DNA of 64,000 bases. Source: a virus (lineage: Duplodnaviria; Caudoviricetes). The stretch covers positions 13,801 through 77,800 of the IMG/VR virus record IMGVR_UViG_3300037851_000941. One strand, 5' to 3'. The position numbers were made by a program, and so were the translations under genes. This document shows, piece by piece, positions 1 through 10,060 of the stretch. Position 1 is the stretch's first letter. Every line of letters begins with the position of its first letter. The notes under the pieces are model-generated. The model searched no databases, was not told the DNA's origin, and saw only the letters and a list, made by a program, of their open reading frames with translations.

Positions 1-692
1 AAGGTCGTTACCAGGTCGCGGAGCACCTGAATGCTGGCTGCGAGGTCGTCCGGGTCCATGGCGCCAGGTAGTGGCAAAGGCGGTAGCCCGATGAGGTCGA
101 GGAAGGCGTTGACCAGCTCGATGAACGGGCTCAGAGCACCGAGGGCCTCCTCGAGCACGCTGAACTGCGTGGCCACGTTCAGCTCGCCCGCATCGATGAC
201 GCACTGGAGCGCGGGCACCTCCGCGACCACCAGCCGGGCCTCCTCGATCCGCGCCAGCTGCTCCTGGAGCGCCTCTAGCTCGGACACCAGCCCGTCGAGG
301 GCCTGGATGATCGCGTCGATGATGCCGACGACCATCAGCGGGACCGACAGCTGCGGCACCAGCGCCAGGATCTTGTCCACCTTGCTGGTCAGCTCCTCGA
401 TGGCCTCGACCAGCACTGTTGGGTCGGGCGGCGGGCCGAGCGAGTCCGGCACGGCGTCGGCGAACTTCTTGAGCGCCAGCAGGACCTCGATGATGCTGAA
501 GACGGGCGCCAGCGGGGCCAGCGCCGCGTTGACCTGCGCGATGAGCTGCCGGCTAAGCTGAAGGCCGCTCGGGGGCGACATGGTGCTGGGCAGCTGGGCG
601 CAGATGACGTTGCCGCCCGGCAAGGTGACGCAGAGCCCGCTCGGCCCCGGCGTGATCTCGGCGGTGATCTGACAGAGGTCCGGCAGCGGCAT
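1..692 (-). CDS. Hypothetical helical protein after the baseplate spike gene (partial, runs off left edge)
   Basis: Read manually: ATG at 692 with AGGAGG SD; MPLPDLCQITAEITPGPSGLCVTLPGG...; open for 230 codons to the edge; absent from the ORF track. Confidence 0.8.
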   Translation of the reverse strand, partial: MPLPDLCQITAEITPGPSGLCVTLPGGNVICAQLPSTMSPPSGLQLSRQLIAQVNAALAPLAPVFSIIEVLLALKKFADAVPDSLGPPPDPTVLVEAIEELTSKVDKILALVPQLSVPLMVVGIIDAIIQALDGLVSELEALQEQLARIEEARLVVAEVPALQCVIDAGELNVATQFSVLEEALGALSPFIELVNAFLDLIGLPPLPLPGAMDPDDLAASIQVLRDLVTT

Positions 693-708
693 GACGTGCT
701 CCTCCTGG

Positions 709-1290
709 CTAGATCGGGTCCGTGCCCGCGCGCACGACGCGCCCGTTGATCTGCACCTGCAGGGCGCGGATGTCCACGAGCCCCAGCGTCTCGATGCGCA
801 CGGCCGCCCGGCTCTTGACCGTGATGCCCTCGTTGGTGCCGTCCAGCTCGATCTGGTTCCCGTTGTTCTTGTCCTCGAGGATGAGCGAGGCAGTGGCAGC
901 GTTGTCGTCGAAGACTACGCGCCATCGCTCGGTCTCCAGCACCCCCACGCTCGCCGCCTCCTCCGGCGGTCGGTCGGCCACCTTGCCGGGCGTCTCCACG
1001 ACGCCGCCGGGCATGCCCCAGTTCGCGCCGATGTAGTAGGGGTGGTCGGGGTCACCTTGGTTGAAGAGGACGGCCACGTCGGCCCCGACGGCGGGCACGA
1101 CGTGCAGCCCGCGCCCCGCGCTGCCGCCTCCGATGGTCAGCGGCCAGACCCAGCCCGACTCGGGCTCCAGCAGGCCCGGTATGCGCACCCGCACCCGGTG
1201 CAGCTTCAGCGGGTCCACCCGGTTGGTCACCACCCCTATCGCCACGCCCGGGAGCCTCGGTCCCGCCTCGGTGTCGTCGAATGCCGGCAT
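709..1290 (-). CDS. Baseplate spike/hub protein (gpV/Gp5 OB-fold)
   Basis: GVVTNRVDPLKLHRVRVRIP, VPAVGADVAVLFNQGDPDHPYYIG; position after gpD-like gene. Confidence 0.85.
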   Translation of the reverse strand: MPAFDDTEAGPRLPGVAIGVVTNRVDPLKLHRVRVRIPGLLEPESGWVWPLTIGGGSAGRGLHVVPAVGADVAVLFNQGDPDHPYYIGANWGMPGGVVETPGKVADRPPEEAASVGVLETERWRVVFDDNAATASLILEDKNNGNQIELDGTNEGITVKSRAAVRIETLGLVDIRALQVQINGRVVRAGTDPI

Positions 1291-1332
1291 CTACCGTCTC
1301 GCCTCCCGGCCGACATCATGCCTGGCCGCGCC

Positions 1333-2736
1333 TCAGTCGGGAATGCTCATCAGCGCCTCGCCCTCGGTGGTCGTGCTCATGAGGACGGCGGGCCGGTCCA
1401 CGTACTCGTAGACGGGCAGGCCCGACTCCGGGTCAATGGAGATGCGCGGCTCGAGCGATGCCTGCACCTGCCCCGGGGCAGCCTCGGCGGCATCGCCGGC
1501 TGCCGCGCGGTTGTTGCGGTTGCCGCGCTGTGACGGGCCACCATCCAGCAGCTCCAGGCCGGAGACGGTACGGCTCGTGGTGCTGTGCCCGCCGTGACCA
1601 TCCGAGACCATGGTCAGCTGCATCTTGTAGCCGCCCGAGGCCGCGATGGTGTGCTTGACCGACCGCACGTAGTAGCGCACCGACAGGCGCTTGCCGAAAC
1701 CCCGAAGCTCCACGATGGACTTTGCCAGGAGCATTGGGTCGCCGATGGCGGTGAGCTTCATCTTGACCGCCACCTGCTGCGCGCGCCTGGCCAGCCCCTC
1801 GGCCTCCCGGGTGGCCGACAGGGCGTCGGCAGTGGGGCCGGCGTCCTCGGACTCGATTTCGTGCTCCCGCAGCGTGACGGCGCGGGTCTCCGGGTCGATC
1901 ACGATGTCGGGCTCGCCAGGCCCAGGCGGTGCAGTCATTGCGGCGACCTGCTGCGTGGCCCCAATGCCCAGCAGCTCCTGCACGGCCGTCAGCACGTCAC
2001 GCTCGGGCGCCTCGGTGTCGCTGTCGCCCTCTACCGTCTCCTTCGCCAGCGGGTCCCGCGCCGCCCGCCGTACCCGGCCAGGCTTGGCCGTGATGTCATT
2101 CTCCACCTCGAAGCTGACGACCTCGCCCATGCCCGGGTCGGTGTACCACTGGAAGACACGGGTGGGCGGCGCCCCGAAGTCTCGCTTGTGGTAGTGCAGC
2201 CCGGCGGCATCCACGTAGAACTGGAAGCCTTCCAGGCGAGCCAGCCGCATGATGAACTGGGCATCCGTCATGGCTGCCTGATGAATATGGGGCAGCCGCA
2301 CGCCTGTCTCCTCGATCACCTGGGCGCTCTCGCCCCAGCCATACTCGGTGGCGATCTCGCGCACCACGTCCGAGCGAGTCTTGCTCTCGAAGGTGCGCGA
2401 GCGACGCCGGCGGTTCATCAGCTCAGCCACGCTGCGGCCCTCGATCTTCAGCGCCAAGGACCCCTGGACCTTGCCGATGACCACCTCACGCGGCACCGCC
2501 ATGCGCCCCGGGTAACCCCAGCTCACGATGAGCCGGTTGCCCTTCTTCCAGACGGGATCGTCGAAGTGTGCGAGGTCCCGGTTGTCCACGGTCAGGACGC
2601 ACTTGTCCGCGCCGCGCTCCGTGTCCTCGAACTCGAAGCCGAGCAGGCGGTCGCCGAGGTAGAGCCGGTGCTCGCCGGCATCGGACAGCAGGCGCACCCA
2701 GAAGCGCGGTGCGCTCCGGTCGAACTCGACGCTCAC
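1333..2736 (-). CDS. Late control D / baseplate hub (gpD-like)
   Basis: GTG start overlaps stop of the upstream gene; FEFEDTERGADKCVLTVDN, QAAMTDAQFIMRLARLEGF, GDPMLLAKSIVELRGFG. Confidence 0.8.
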   Translation of the reverse strand: MSVEFDRSAPRFWVRLLSDAGEHRLYLGDRLLGFEFEDTERGADKCVLTVDNRDLAHFDDPVWKKGNRLIVSWGYPGRMAVPREVVIGKVQGSLALKIEGRSVAELMNRRRRSRTFESKTRSDVVREIATEYGWGESAQVIEETGVRLPHIHQAAMTDAQFIMRLARLEGFQFYVDAAGLHYHKRDFGAPPTRVFQWYTDPGMGEVVSFEVENDITAKPGRVRRAARDPLAKETVEGDSDTEAPERDVLTAVQELLGIGATQQVAAMTAPPGPGEPDIVIDPETRAVTLREHEIESEDAGPTADALSATREAEGLARRAQQVAVKMKLTAIGDPMLLAKSIVELRGFGKRLSVRYYVRSVKHTIAASGGYKMQLTMVSDGHGGHSTTSRTVSGLELLDGGPSQRGNRNNRAAAGDAAEAAPGQVQASLEPRISIDPESGLPVYEYVDRPAVLMSTTTEGEALMSIPD

Positions 2737-3077
2737 TCGCCGCGCCTCCGCTCGGACAAGATCTCCTCCAGCAGCGTGCGGGTGGACGGCACAAACAGGG
2801 TGCGCCCCGTCTCCAGGCGCAGCGTGGGGTCCTGGATCGGGTCGGGCTGGAAGTCGGCCACGACCCACCAGAGGCCGGCCGGCCTGGGCAGCCCGCGAAA
2901 GTACCGGGCGGCGATGTTCCAGAGCGTGTCGCCGTCCTTGACCACATGCGTTCGGTTGTCCGCGAGGGCTCGATAGGCGTAGGTCACCCGGTCGGTCAAG
3001 AACACGGGCTCCTGCTCGTCGGCCGAGAGCCGGATGCCCTGCGTGAACGTGTGTCGGCTGTACCTGCGTGGCGGCAT
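2733..3077 (-). CDS. LysM-domain tail protein (gpX-like)
   Basis: HVVKDGDTLWNIAARYF...LWWVVADFQ...IQDP LysM pattern. Confidence 0.85.
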   Translation of the reverse strand: MPPRRYSRHTFTQGIRLSADEQEPVFLTDRVTYAYRALADNRTHVVKDGDTLWNIAARYFRGLPRPAGLWWVVADFQPDPIQDPTLRLETGRTLFVPSTRTLLEEILSERRRGE

Positions 3078-3081
3078 GTTC

Positions 3082-3591
3082 CTAGCCCAACCTCAGCTCG
3101 TCGTCGTCGTATGCCTGCTCGGAGGTCAGGCGTCGGTCACGAATCTCTGCCACCTGCAGCTGGGCACGGAACTCCACCGACTGCGCCCGGCGGTTGAACC
3201 GCTGGTGCGCGATCTGCACGCTGCGCACCGTACAGGTCAGCGAGAGCATGTGCGGCCACACCAGGAGCACGCGCGGCGGGCCGGCACTGCCCACCTCGTC
3301 GGCCATGCCTATCGGGTAGGCGAGCGAGAGCAGGAAGCGCCGGGCTCGCTCCGCGTCGGCCATGGCGTTGATGCTGCTCACCATGTAGTGCAGCTCGAAG
3401 CTGACGGCGAAGTTGCTGGTGTGCGAGAACTGCGACGGCTGGTGGGACAGGCCGGGCACCGTCTCGTCCTGCCAGTTGGCGGTCACGGACTCCGTGAGCG
3501 TGACCGGGTTGGCCTGCGCCTCGAGCGTCTCGCCGGACGTGATGTTGGTCAGGCTCATGCGCGGCGGGCGGTAGTAGGTCTCGTCGCGCAT
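3082..3591 (-). CDS. Tail tube initiator (gpU/CIS-tube-like)
   Basis: Between TMP and LysM genes; QANPVTLTESVTANW..., VLLVWP pattern. Confidence 0.65.
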   Translation of the reverse strand: MRDETYYRPPRMSLTNITSGETLEAQANPVTLTESVTANWQDETVPGLSHQPSQFSHTSNFAVSFELHYMVSSINAMADAERARRFLLSLAYPIGMADEVGSAGPPRVLLVWPHMLSLTCTVRSVQIAHQRFNRRAQSVEFRAQLQVAEIRDRRLTSEQAYDDDELRLG

Positions 3592-3594
3592 GGC

Positions 3595-6228
3595 TCAGCC
3601 CTCCTCCCCGATGGAGACCTGCTCGAATCCAGCGGAGGACATGCTGCGCACGGCGCGCTGGTTGGCCGTTGCGAGCACCTCCCCGTCCACCGCCACCGTG
3701 GAATAGAGGTTGATGGTCGCCTGCTCGCGCGGGCGGCTCGATACCGCCGCCAGCAGGTCGCCCATGGTGGACTGCCGGGTCTCCTCGGCCTCGAAACGAC
3801 TCATGGCCTCGGCGCCGGCCGGGAATGCCCCGGCGAGCGAGGGCGCGCTCACAATGGCGGGCGTCTTGGCCTCGGCCACCGTCTCACCTTTCGCAACGAA
3901 CTGACCGCGCTCCTTCGCGAGCCCCAGGCCCTCCAGCGCCGACGCGAGCAGGCGGAACGGCCCCGAGGTCACGAAGGACACCAGCTCCTTTAGGCGGGTC
4001 AGCACCCATACAACCGCGCCGGCGAAGGCCATGAACGCCGAGAAGCCTATGGACACGATGTTGACCACCACGCCCAGCACCACGGCCACGCCCTTGGCGA
4101 TGGCGATGATCGCCCCGAGGTTGTCGGCGAACCCGTCCGCGCTCTCGCCGGTCAGCCCGAGGTTGTCCATGAGCTGCGTGAACAGGAACCCCATCATGGT
4201 CACGAACACGTCCATGAAGGGCTGGATGACGCTCCAGAACACGCCGGCCACCTCGACGAACCCGTCGATAAGCTGGCGCACCACCGGACCCCACTTCTCC
4301 CAGATGGACTCGCCGGCCGCCCACATTGCCTGGCCGGCACCGACCGCCCAGGTGGCGAACTCGGTGAGCCGCGTAACCACGTCGAGCACGGCCACGGCCA
4401 CCTTGCCCAGCACCTCGCCCATCACGCGCCCTCGACCGGCCACCTCCTCGGACGGCCCACCGGCGAAGGACTGCGCCGACTCGCTCACGAAGCCCAGGGC
4501 GCCACCGAGCGCGGTGACGGCAGTCACCAAGGCGTCGAAGGCGCCACGGTTGTTCTCCATGAACGTGCCGAAGCCCTCGGTGATGCCCTGGATGAAACGC
4601 TGGATGCGGAACCCCGCCGCGTACAGGGTGGAGATGAGGCGCAGCACGCCCGCGTTCTCCACGCGCTGAAGCTCCGATGCCACCTCGCCGGAGATGGCGC
4701 CGGAAGCGAACAGCTGCGTGAGGCCGTGGAACGCCAGCCGGCCCGCGTTGTAGAGGCGGTCGAAGGTATCGCCCAGCCCCCCGATGTTGCGCCGAATGGC
4801 GAGGGCCATCGAGGCCACCGCCACGCCCACGGCCGCAGCAGCAGCGATGAGCGGGATGGCCGCCGCCGCGATCCCCGCCATGACCGTGAGCAGCGTCTGG
4901 AGCACCGGCAGGAGCAGCGTGATAGTGAGCCCGACGACGGCCAGGCCACCGAAGGCGAACATGGCGAGGCCGACCGCGCCCGCCGTGCCTGCCATCGCGG
5001 TCTGCACGGCCTTCGGCAGGGCGTCGAACAGGCGAATGACGGTGTTTAGACCGTTGGTCAGCACCTCGATGAGCGGCTTGAAGACCCGCGCCGCCGGCTC
5101 GCCGAACACCACGCCCATGGTCTGCAGGGTGCCCTCGAGCAGCGTCTTCTGGCCCTCGAAGGTGTCGAGGAGCCTGGCCCGGAAGCCGGCCGCCGTGCCC
5201 CCGGCATCGGCCATCGCGTCGCGCAGGGCGGCGATGGCGTCCCGGCCCTGCAGCGTCACTTGACGCCCGTCGCGCATGGTCGTGAAGGCGGCGCTTTCCA
5301 TGGCCGAGAAAGCCAGCAGGCCGCGCGCCCCGGCCGCCTGCACGACGATGCGCCCCTTCTCCTCGTCGGTCATGGAGCGCGTCGCGTCCACCAGGTCCAG
5401 CATGATGTCCACCACGCTGCGCATCTCGCCGGACTGCTCCTCGAAGATGCGCACGCCGGCTGCCGCCACCGCCTCCTGGGCGCCCTGGTCGGAGGCGAGG
5501 CGCCGCGTGGCCTCCCGGAACGCGGTGGCCGACGAGCTGGCGTCGATGTTCCGGTTGCGCAGCATGCCGACCGTGATGAGCACGTCGTCCAGGCTGGTGC
5601 CGAAGGTCGCGCCCGCAGCCGCCGCCTTGGCCAGGCCGATCTCGAAGTCCCGTGCCTGGAAGTTGGTGAGCTGCGTGATGCGCAGCAGCTTGTCGGTGAC
5701 GGTCGTGGCGCGCTCGGCCGCCATCCCGTAGGCATTCAGCGTGCCCACCACGGCCGATGCCGCCTCGCCGACGGCCAGCTGCCCCAGAGAGCCGGCTGCC
5801 AGATCGAGGACGGGGATGAGCGTCGCCGTGGCCTGCTGCGCGGTCTGCCCGGCCGTGGCCAGGCTCAACAGGCCCTCAACCGCCTGGTCCGGCGAGAACT
5901 GCGTCGCGATGCCCGCGTCGATGGCCGAGCGCCGAAGGGACTCGAGGTCCGCTGCTGTGGCCCGCGTAACCGAGGCCACCCCGGCCAGGCTGCGCTCGAA
6001 GTTGCCAGCGAGGTTGGCCAGGCTGAAGAGGCCCGTCATGGTCCCGGCGCCGGCAGCCATGGTGGCCAGCGCACCGCCCAGACCCAGGGCGGCGGCCTGC
6101 ATCACGCTCGCCGTCGTGGAGGTCTGGCGCTGCACCCCGACCAAGGACTGATTAACGGTGCGCATCTGCGCCGACGCCTGGTCGGTCGCACTGAATACGA
6201 ACCCGAGACCGTAGGAGTTCAGAGCGAT
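3595..6228 (-). CDS. Tape measure protein (TP901-type), start extended to an ATC codon
   Basis: Ala/Gly-rich helical protein, [19 protein letters not shown] core; in-frame upstream [19 protein letters not shown] begins at ATC 6228 with GGAGG 8 nt upstream; first in-frame ATG is at 6165. Confidence 0.9.
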   Translation of the reverse strand: MALNSYGLGFVFSATDQASAQMRTVNQSLVGVQRQTSTTASVMQAAALGLGGALATMAAGAGTMTGLFSLANLAGNFERSLAGVASVTRATAADLESLRRSAIDAGIATQFSPDQAVEGLLSLATAGQTAQQATATLIPVLDLAAGSLGQLAVGEAASAVVGTLNAYGMAAERATTVTDKLLRITQLTNFQARDFEIGLAKAAAAGATFGTSLDDVLITVGMLRNRNIDASSSATAFREATRRLASDQGAQEAVAAAGVRIFEEQSGEMRSVVDIMLDLVDATRSMTDEEKGRIVVQAAGARGLLAFSAMESAAFTTMRDGRQVTLQGRDAIAALRDAMADAGGTAAGFRARLLDTFEGQKTLLEGTLQTMGVVFGEPAARVFKPLIEVLTNGLNTVIRLFDALPKAVQTAMAGTAGAVGLAMFAFGGLAVVGLTITLLLPVLQTLLTVMAGIAAAAIPLIAAAAAVGVAVASMALAIRRNIGGLGDTFDRLYNAGRLAFHGLTQLFASGAISGEVASELQRVENAGVLRLISTLYAAGFRIQRFIQGITEGFGTFMENNRGAFDALVTAVTALGGALGFVSESAQSFAGGPSEEVAGRGRVMGEVLGKVAVAVLDVVTRLTEFATWAVGAGQAMWAAGESIWEKWGPVVRQLIDGFVEVAGVFWSVIQPFMDVFVTMMGFLFTQLMDNLGLTGESADGFADNLGAIIAIAKGVAVVLGVVVNIVSIGFSAFMAFAGAVVWVLTRLKELVSFVTSGPFRLLASALEGLGLAKERGQFVAKGETVAEAKTPAIVSAPSLAGAFPAGAEAMSRFEAEETRQSTMGDLLAAVSSRPREQATINLYSTVAVDGEVLATANQRAVRSMSSAGFEQVSIGEEG

Positions 6229-6269
6229 GGGGGCACCCTCCAGCGCACCATCTTACCTGGCGCCGGCCT

Positions 6270-6545
6270 CTACTCCAACGAGGACGGCTGACCCTTCAGC
6301 GCCCTGGTCTCCCGCCGCCGCTGCTCGACGAGCCACTCCACGTGGGACTCGATCTCCCCGAGGCTCATCTCCAGCACGTCGGCGCGGGTGAAGCAGTAGC
6401 CCGACCCGCCGTGCTGGTGATAGCAGAGGTTGCGGATCATCTGATGCACGTCCCGCTCGTCCACGAACGGGAAGAGGCCGGCTACCGAGCTGCGCCGGAC
6501 CTCCGGCTCCGAGATCGCGGCAGGAAGAATCCCGAGTCGAAAGGG
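6270..6545 (-). other. -1 frame extension of tail assembly chaperone (G-T product) with slippery heptamer C CCT TTC
   Basis: X XXY YYZ heptamer at 6539-6545 in the chaperone frame; -1 frame open to 6270 (...HGGSGYCFTRADVLEMSLGEIESHVEWLVEQRRRE); directly upstream of TMP. Confidence 0.8.
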
Positions 6546-7246
6546 AGGTTCACCTCGGCGTGCTCGCGGCAGCGCGGGCAGTAGACCTCCAGGGCCGTGT
6601 CGATCCCCCCGTCGACCTCCTCGAAGCGGTCGAACATCCGGGTAAGCTCCGGGGCCGGCAGCTCCTCCAGGAAGGCCGTCACGTCCCGAGCCCGGGTCAG
6701 CTCGGCCCCGCCCCTCATCCTGACCTTGACGATGCGCGTGGCCAGCACCGAGATGAAGTCCACCTCGCGCTGAAGCATGGCGATGGCGGCCTTCTCGTCC
6801 GCGCCCACGTTGAGCCGGAACACGACCTCGGCGCCGTCGTCCCCGATCGGCATCGCGAAGGCGTTGCCCGCCCGGAACACGGCCACGCTCTCCGGCGGCA
6901 GCGGCTTGACCGGCAGGCTGTCCAGGGGCAGGTCCCACCAGAACTTCTTGCCCCGACACTGGCGGCTCTGGCACGAGACCTGGAACTCGTAGGTCGGCCC
7001 GTGCGTGGCGATGCGGATCTGGAGCAGCGCATAGAAGCGGTCACACGTGAGAACGGCCGACCATCGTGGCCGGCCGTCGAAGCCGTAGGGTCCCTGGTCC
7101 TTCGTCTCGACCCAGCAGGCGTCCAGGATCTTGTCGAACGCGGTGCCGTCGGACACCTCCTGCTGGTTGGACAGGAGCCTAAGCTCCGCGCCCTTGAGGT
7201 GCCTCACCTCGCCGGTCAGCCCCGACGGGCAAACAATGATGCTCAT
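6482..7246 (-). CDS. Tail assembly chaperone (G)
   Basis: MSIIVCPSGLTGEVR...; CxxC motifs; between tube and TMP genes. Confidence 0.75.
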   Translation of the reverse strand: MSIIVCPSGLTGEVRHLKGAELRLLSNQQEVSDGTAFDKILDACWVETKDQGPYGFDGRPRWSAVLTCDRFYALLQIRIATHGPTYEFQVSCQSRQCRGKKFWWDLPLDSLPVKPLPPESVAVFRAGNAFAMPIGDDGAEVVFRLNVGADEKAAIAMLQREVDFISVLATRIVKVRMRGGAELTRARDVTAFLEELPAPELTRMFDRFEEVDGGIDTALEVYCPRCREHAEVNLPFDSGFFLPRSRSRRSGAAR

Positions 7247-7318
7247 CCTCTCCGTTCTCCCTTCCGTGGCTGCCCGGGGGTCGTGCCCCGGGCCGTCCAA
7301 GGAAGGGAGCCTAGCTCA

Positions 7319-7780
7319 TCAGGCCAGGTCGAAGAAGTCCTGCACCAGCACCACCTGGCGCATGACGTTCTCGTCGGCGGTGTTGTCCCACTGGCCGGCC
7401 ACGAACTTCTTGACCCAACAGGACTGCACGCGCCAGCGCATCAGCTCGGAGTTGTCGCGGTCGAGCTGCACGATGTCCGCGATGCGCCGGTAGAACGGGT
7501 CCACCAGGCCGCCGTTGGCCGAGGCGTCGGCGCACTCCTTGAACCAGCTCCACAGCTCGAGGTCCTGCGTGGCGCCCTGCGAGAGCGTGATGTCGGGGAA
7601 CGAGAGCCGGCCGGGGTCCTTCGCCAGAGCGATGATGCCCCCGCCCTCCCACTGCTCCACGGTGGCCAGCTCCCCGGACAGCTCGGAGCAGTCCTGGAAG
7701 CCGGCGTAGCCGAGCCCATCGATCTCGACCACGAACTTGAACTTCTTGTGGAACGTGCGCGGTGTCCCGAAAACAGGCAT
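7319..7780 (-). CDS. Tail tube protein (T4 gp19-like)
   Basis: KFKFVVEIDG..AGFQDCSELS, PGRLSFPDITL, W.KKF.AG.WD; follows sheath. Confidence 0.92.
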   Translation of the reverse strand: MPVFGTPRTFHKKFKFVVEIDGLGYAGFQDCSELSGELATVEQWEGGGIIALAKDPGRLSFPDITLSQGATQDLELWSWFKECADASANGGLVDPFYRRIADIVQLDRDNSELMRWRVQSCWVKKFVAGQWDNTADENVMRQVVLVQDFFDLA

Positions 7781-7799
7781 GCGTCAATCTCCTTCTTCC

Positions 7800-10052
7800 T
7801 CAGAGCCCGGCAGACGCCAGCTCCTCCTCGAGCGCCCTGGTGTCCTGGCTGACCTTGATGATGATCCACTCGGTCGGCTTGTTGGTGGCGAGGCCGATTG
7901 CGACGTTCATGCGCTGCGCGAACACCTCGCTGGCCGGGTTGATGCCCGGCCCGACGTCGGAGTAGAAGGAGTCGCTCGGCGTGTCCCCACGGAAGGCGCC
8001 CTTGCGCCACTGCTGGAGCAGGAAGAGGTCGATGGACCGCTTCACGCTGGCCCGCAGCGAGGTCGTCTGGTTGGCGTGCCGGGCGTACTCGATCCCGCTG
8101 CGCACCGAGAACTCGATGTGGATGACCCCGCGCCGCTCGCCGATGGAAGGGAAGTTGCCGTCCTGCTTCAGCGTCTTCGTGCCGTCCAGGTAGCCCGGGG
8201 ACACGATGGGGTTGATGCACTCGGGATACAGGAGATCCCGGACGGCCTCGTCGTTCACCTCGTCGGTCTCGAGGCCCGCGAGGCCCGCCAGGCGCATGCC
8301 CGAGCCGAAGCCGGCCGGCTGGTCGTAGATGCCCCCGTCTCGCGCCGCCGCGATCTTGCCGTAGAAGCCCGCGATGTGCCCCGAGGGCGGGCACACGATG
8401 GTCTCGTCGTTGCCGTAGACCGTCGAGTCGGGGTTGAGCACCTTCAGGTGCGGCCAGTAGGTGGCCCCGTACTCCGACAGCCCCTTCAGCGCGGCGGTCG
8501 TGAGCACGTAGGTCTTGGCCTGGTCCTTGGTGTAGCCCGAAGGCAGGTCGATGATGGCGAAGCAGCCCCCGGCGCGCTCATTCTCGCAGTAGGAGATCAT
8601 GGCCGAGGCCACGGCCGGCGTCGGCTGCTCGGGCACGCAGAGCAGGCGCACGTCCGACTTCGTGTTGAAGCTCTGCAGGCCCGTCTTGCTGACGGACGAG
8701 CCAATGAAGTCAGTGTCGGCCAGCGCGGTCAGGCCATCGTCCCCGCTGGTCATGGGACCGTACGGGTCGGGGGCACCGCCGACCAGCGGGCTGTTGGCCG
8801 GACGCAGACCGAGCGCCAGGTCGGTCGCCACCACGTAGTCGGAGCCCGTGTCGGCGTGGTTGATGATCGTGGCGAAGTAGCGATCTGCCGTGGAGAGCAT
8901 CGACAGGTTGGGGAACAGCTCGACCGTCACGCCCTTGAAGACCACGCCGAGGTTGAAGTCGTCCGTGACCCCGTTCGTGGCGTTGGAGACCACGAACTCC
9001 ACCTCGTTGCCATAAGCGCCGTAGGACTTGCCGTCGAAGCGGACGGTGGGCGCCGCCGCGCCGCTGCCGCCGGAGTGGACCGCGTTGTCGAGCCCGATCT
9101 CGTCGTCGGCCGTGCTGATAGCCTCCACCTGGATGCTCGAGAGCACCCCGGTCGTGTTCGAGGTGATGCGCGCCGACCCGCCGACATCGGTGACGGTGCA
9201 GCCGGTCACAGCGGCCTCGACCACGCTCTTGACCTCGGCGACCGCCACCGCGTCGATGTTGGCCACGTTGCCCGTGCCCGCGATCAGGCCGGTGACGAAG
9301 CCCAGGCGGTTGACGCCGCCGCTGTTCGCCGTGCCGCCGGTCACGTTGATGGCAGAGCCGGTGCCCCGCGTGTCCGAGGTGATGATGGGGGCGCCGCCTG
9401 CCACGGTGGCGTGGGCGCCGACGATCTTGGCGTTGATGACCGCCGCCACCTCCAGCGCCGTGGCGGCCACGATGCTCACGAACTCGGCCGTCAGGAAGGT
9501 GATCGTCTGGGTCGGCCCGCCGTCCACCTGGACCAGCAAGGTGAGCCCGTCCGCCAGGTCGTAGGTCTCGACGTTGCCGGCCGTTCTGCTGGCGGCCGTC
9601 GCGGCGAAGGTGGCCGCTGCGGCACCTCCCCCGTCCACCTTCACGCTCAGCGTGTCGCCGGGCTCCAGGTCGAACGGGGCAGTTGCCGTGCCCTGCACGT
9701 AGCCCGCCGTCGGCGCGGTCGCGGCGCTGCTGAGCTGGAGCGTGGCCTTGGCCGCCGTCGCCAGCGTGCCCAGGTCCAGGTTCGAGTAGTGCGCGGTGCG
9801 GGTGAACCAGAGGGCCTGCCCCCCGTTCTGGAAGAAGCCGCGAACGGCGCTCGCCGAGATGCCCGCCGCCACGTCGCCGCCGAACTCCTTGAACCACTCC
9901 GCGAAGGAGGTGGCGTACTTCGCCACGCCGATGGCGCCGCGCTCGGCGATGCCGACCATGGCGGCGATGCTGAGGGGGAGCCCGACGATCTGACGGATCT
10001 TGGGCGTCTCCTCCTGAATGACGATCTTGCTAGCCAGTAACTCGCGACCCAT
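7800..10052 (-). CDS. Tail sheath protein with a large beta-rich insertion
   Basis: N-term AAMVGIAERG...SFAEW..FGG; C-term ATYWPHL, PPSGHIAG, INPI, IGERRG..HIE. Confidence 0.93.
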   Translation of the reverse strand: MGRELLASKIVIQEETPKIRQIVGLPLSIAAMVGIAERGAIGVAKYATSFAEWFKEFGGDVAAGISASAVRGFFQNGGQALWFTRTAHYSNLDLGTLATAAKATLQLSSAATAPTAGYVQGTATAPFDLEPGDTLSVKVDGGGAAAATFAATAASRTAGNVETYDLADGLTLLVQVDGGPTQTITFLTAEFVSIVAATALEVAAVINAKIVGAHATVAGGAPIITSDTRGTGSAINVTGGTANSGGVNRLGFVTGLIAGTGNVANIDAVAVAEVKSVVEAAVTGCTVTDVGGSARITSNTTGVLSSIQVEAISTADDEIGLDNAVHSGGSGAAAPTVRFDGKSYGAYGNEVEFVVSNATNGVTDDFNLGVVFKGVTVELFPNLSMLSTADRYFATIINHADTGSDYVVATDLALGLRPANSPLVGGAPDPYGPMTSGDDGLTALADTDFIGSSVSKTGLQSFNTKSDVRLLCVPEQPTPAVASAMISYCENERAGGCFAIIDLPSGYTKDQAKTYVLTTAALKGLSEYGATYWPHLKVLNPDSTVYGNDETIVCPPSGHIAGFYGKIAAARDGGIYDQPAGFGSGMRLAGLAGLETDEVNDEAVRDLLYPECINPIVSPGYLDGTKTLKQDGNFPSIGERRGVIHIEFSVRSGIEYARHANQTTSLRASVKRSIDLFLLQQWRKGAFRGDTPSDSFYSDVGPGINPASEVFAQRMNVAIGLATNKPTEWIIIKVSQDTRALEEELASAGL

Positions 10053-10060
10053 GGTTCACC

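Noticed and set aside
709-10052. Stand-alone eCIS/T6SS/tailocin locus
   Set aside because: Capsid, portal, terminase, MuF and a long tape measure gene are present, so this is a complete phage morphogenesis module
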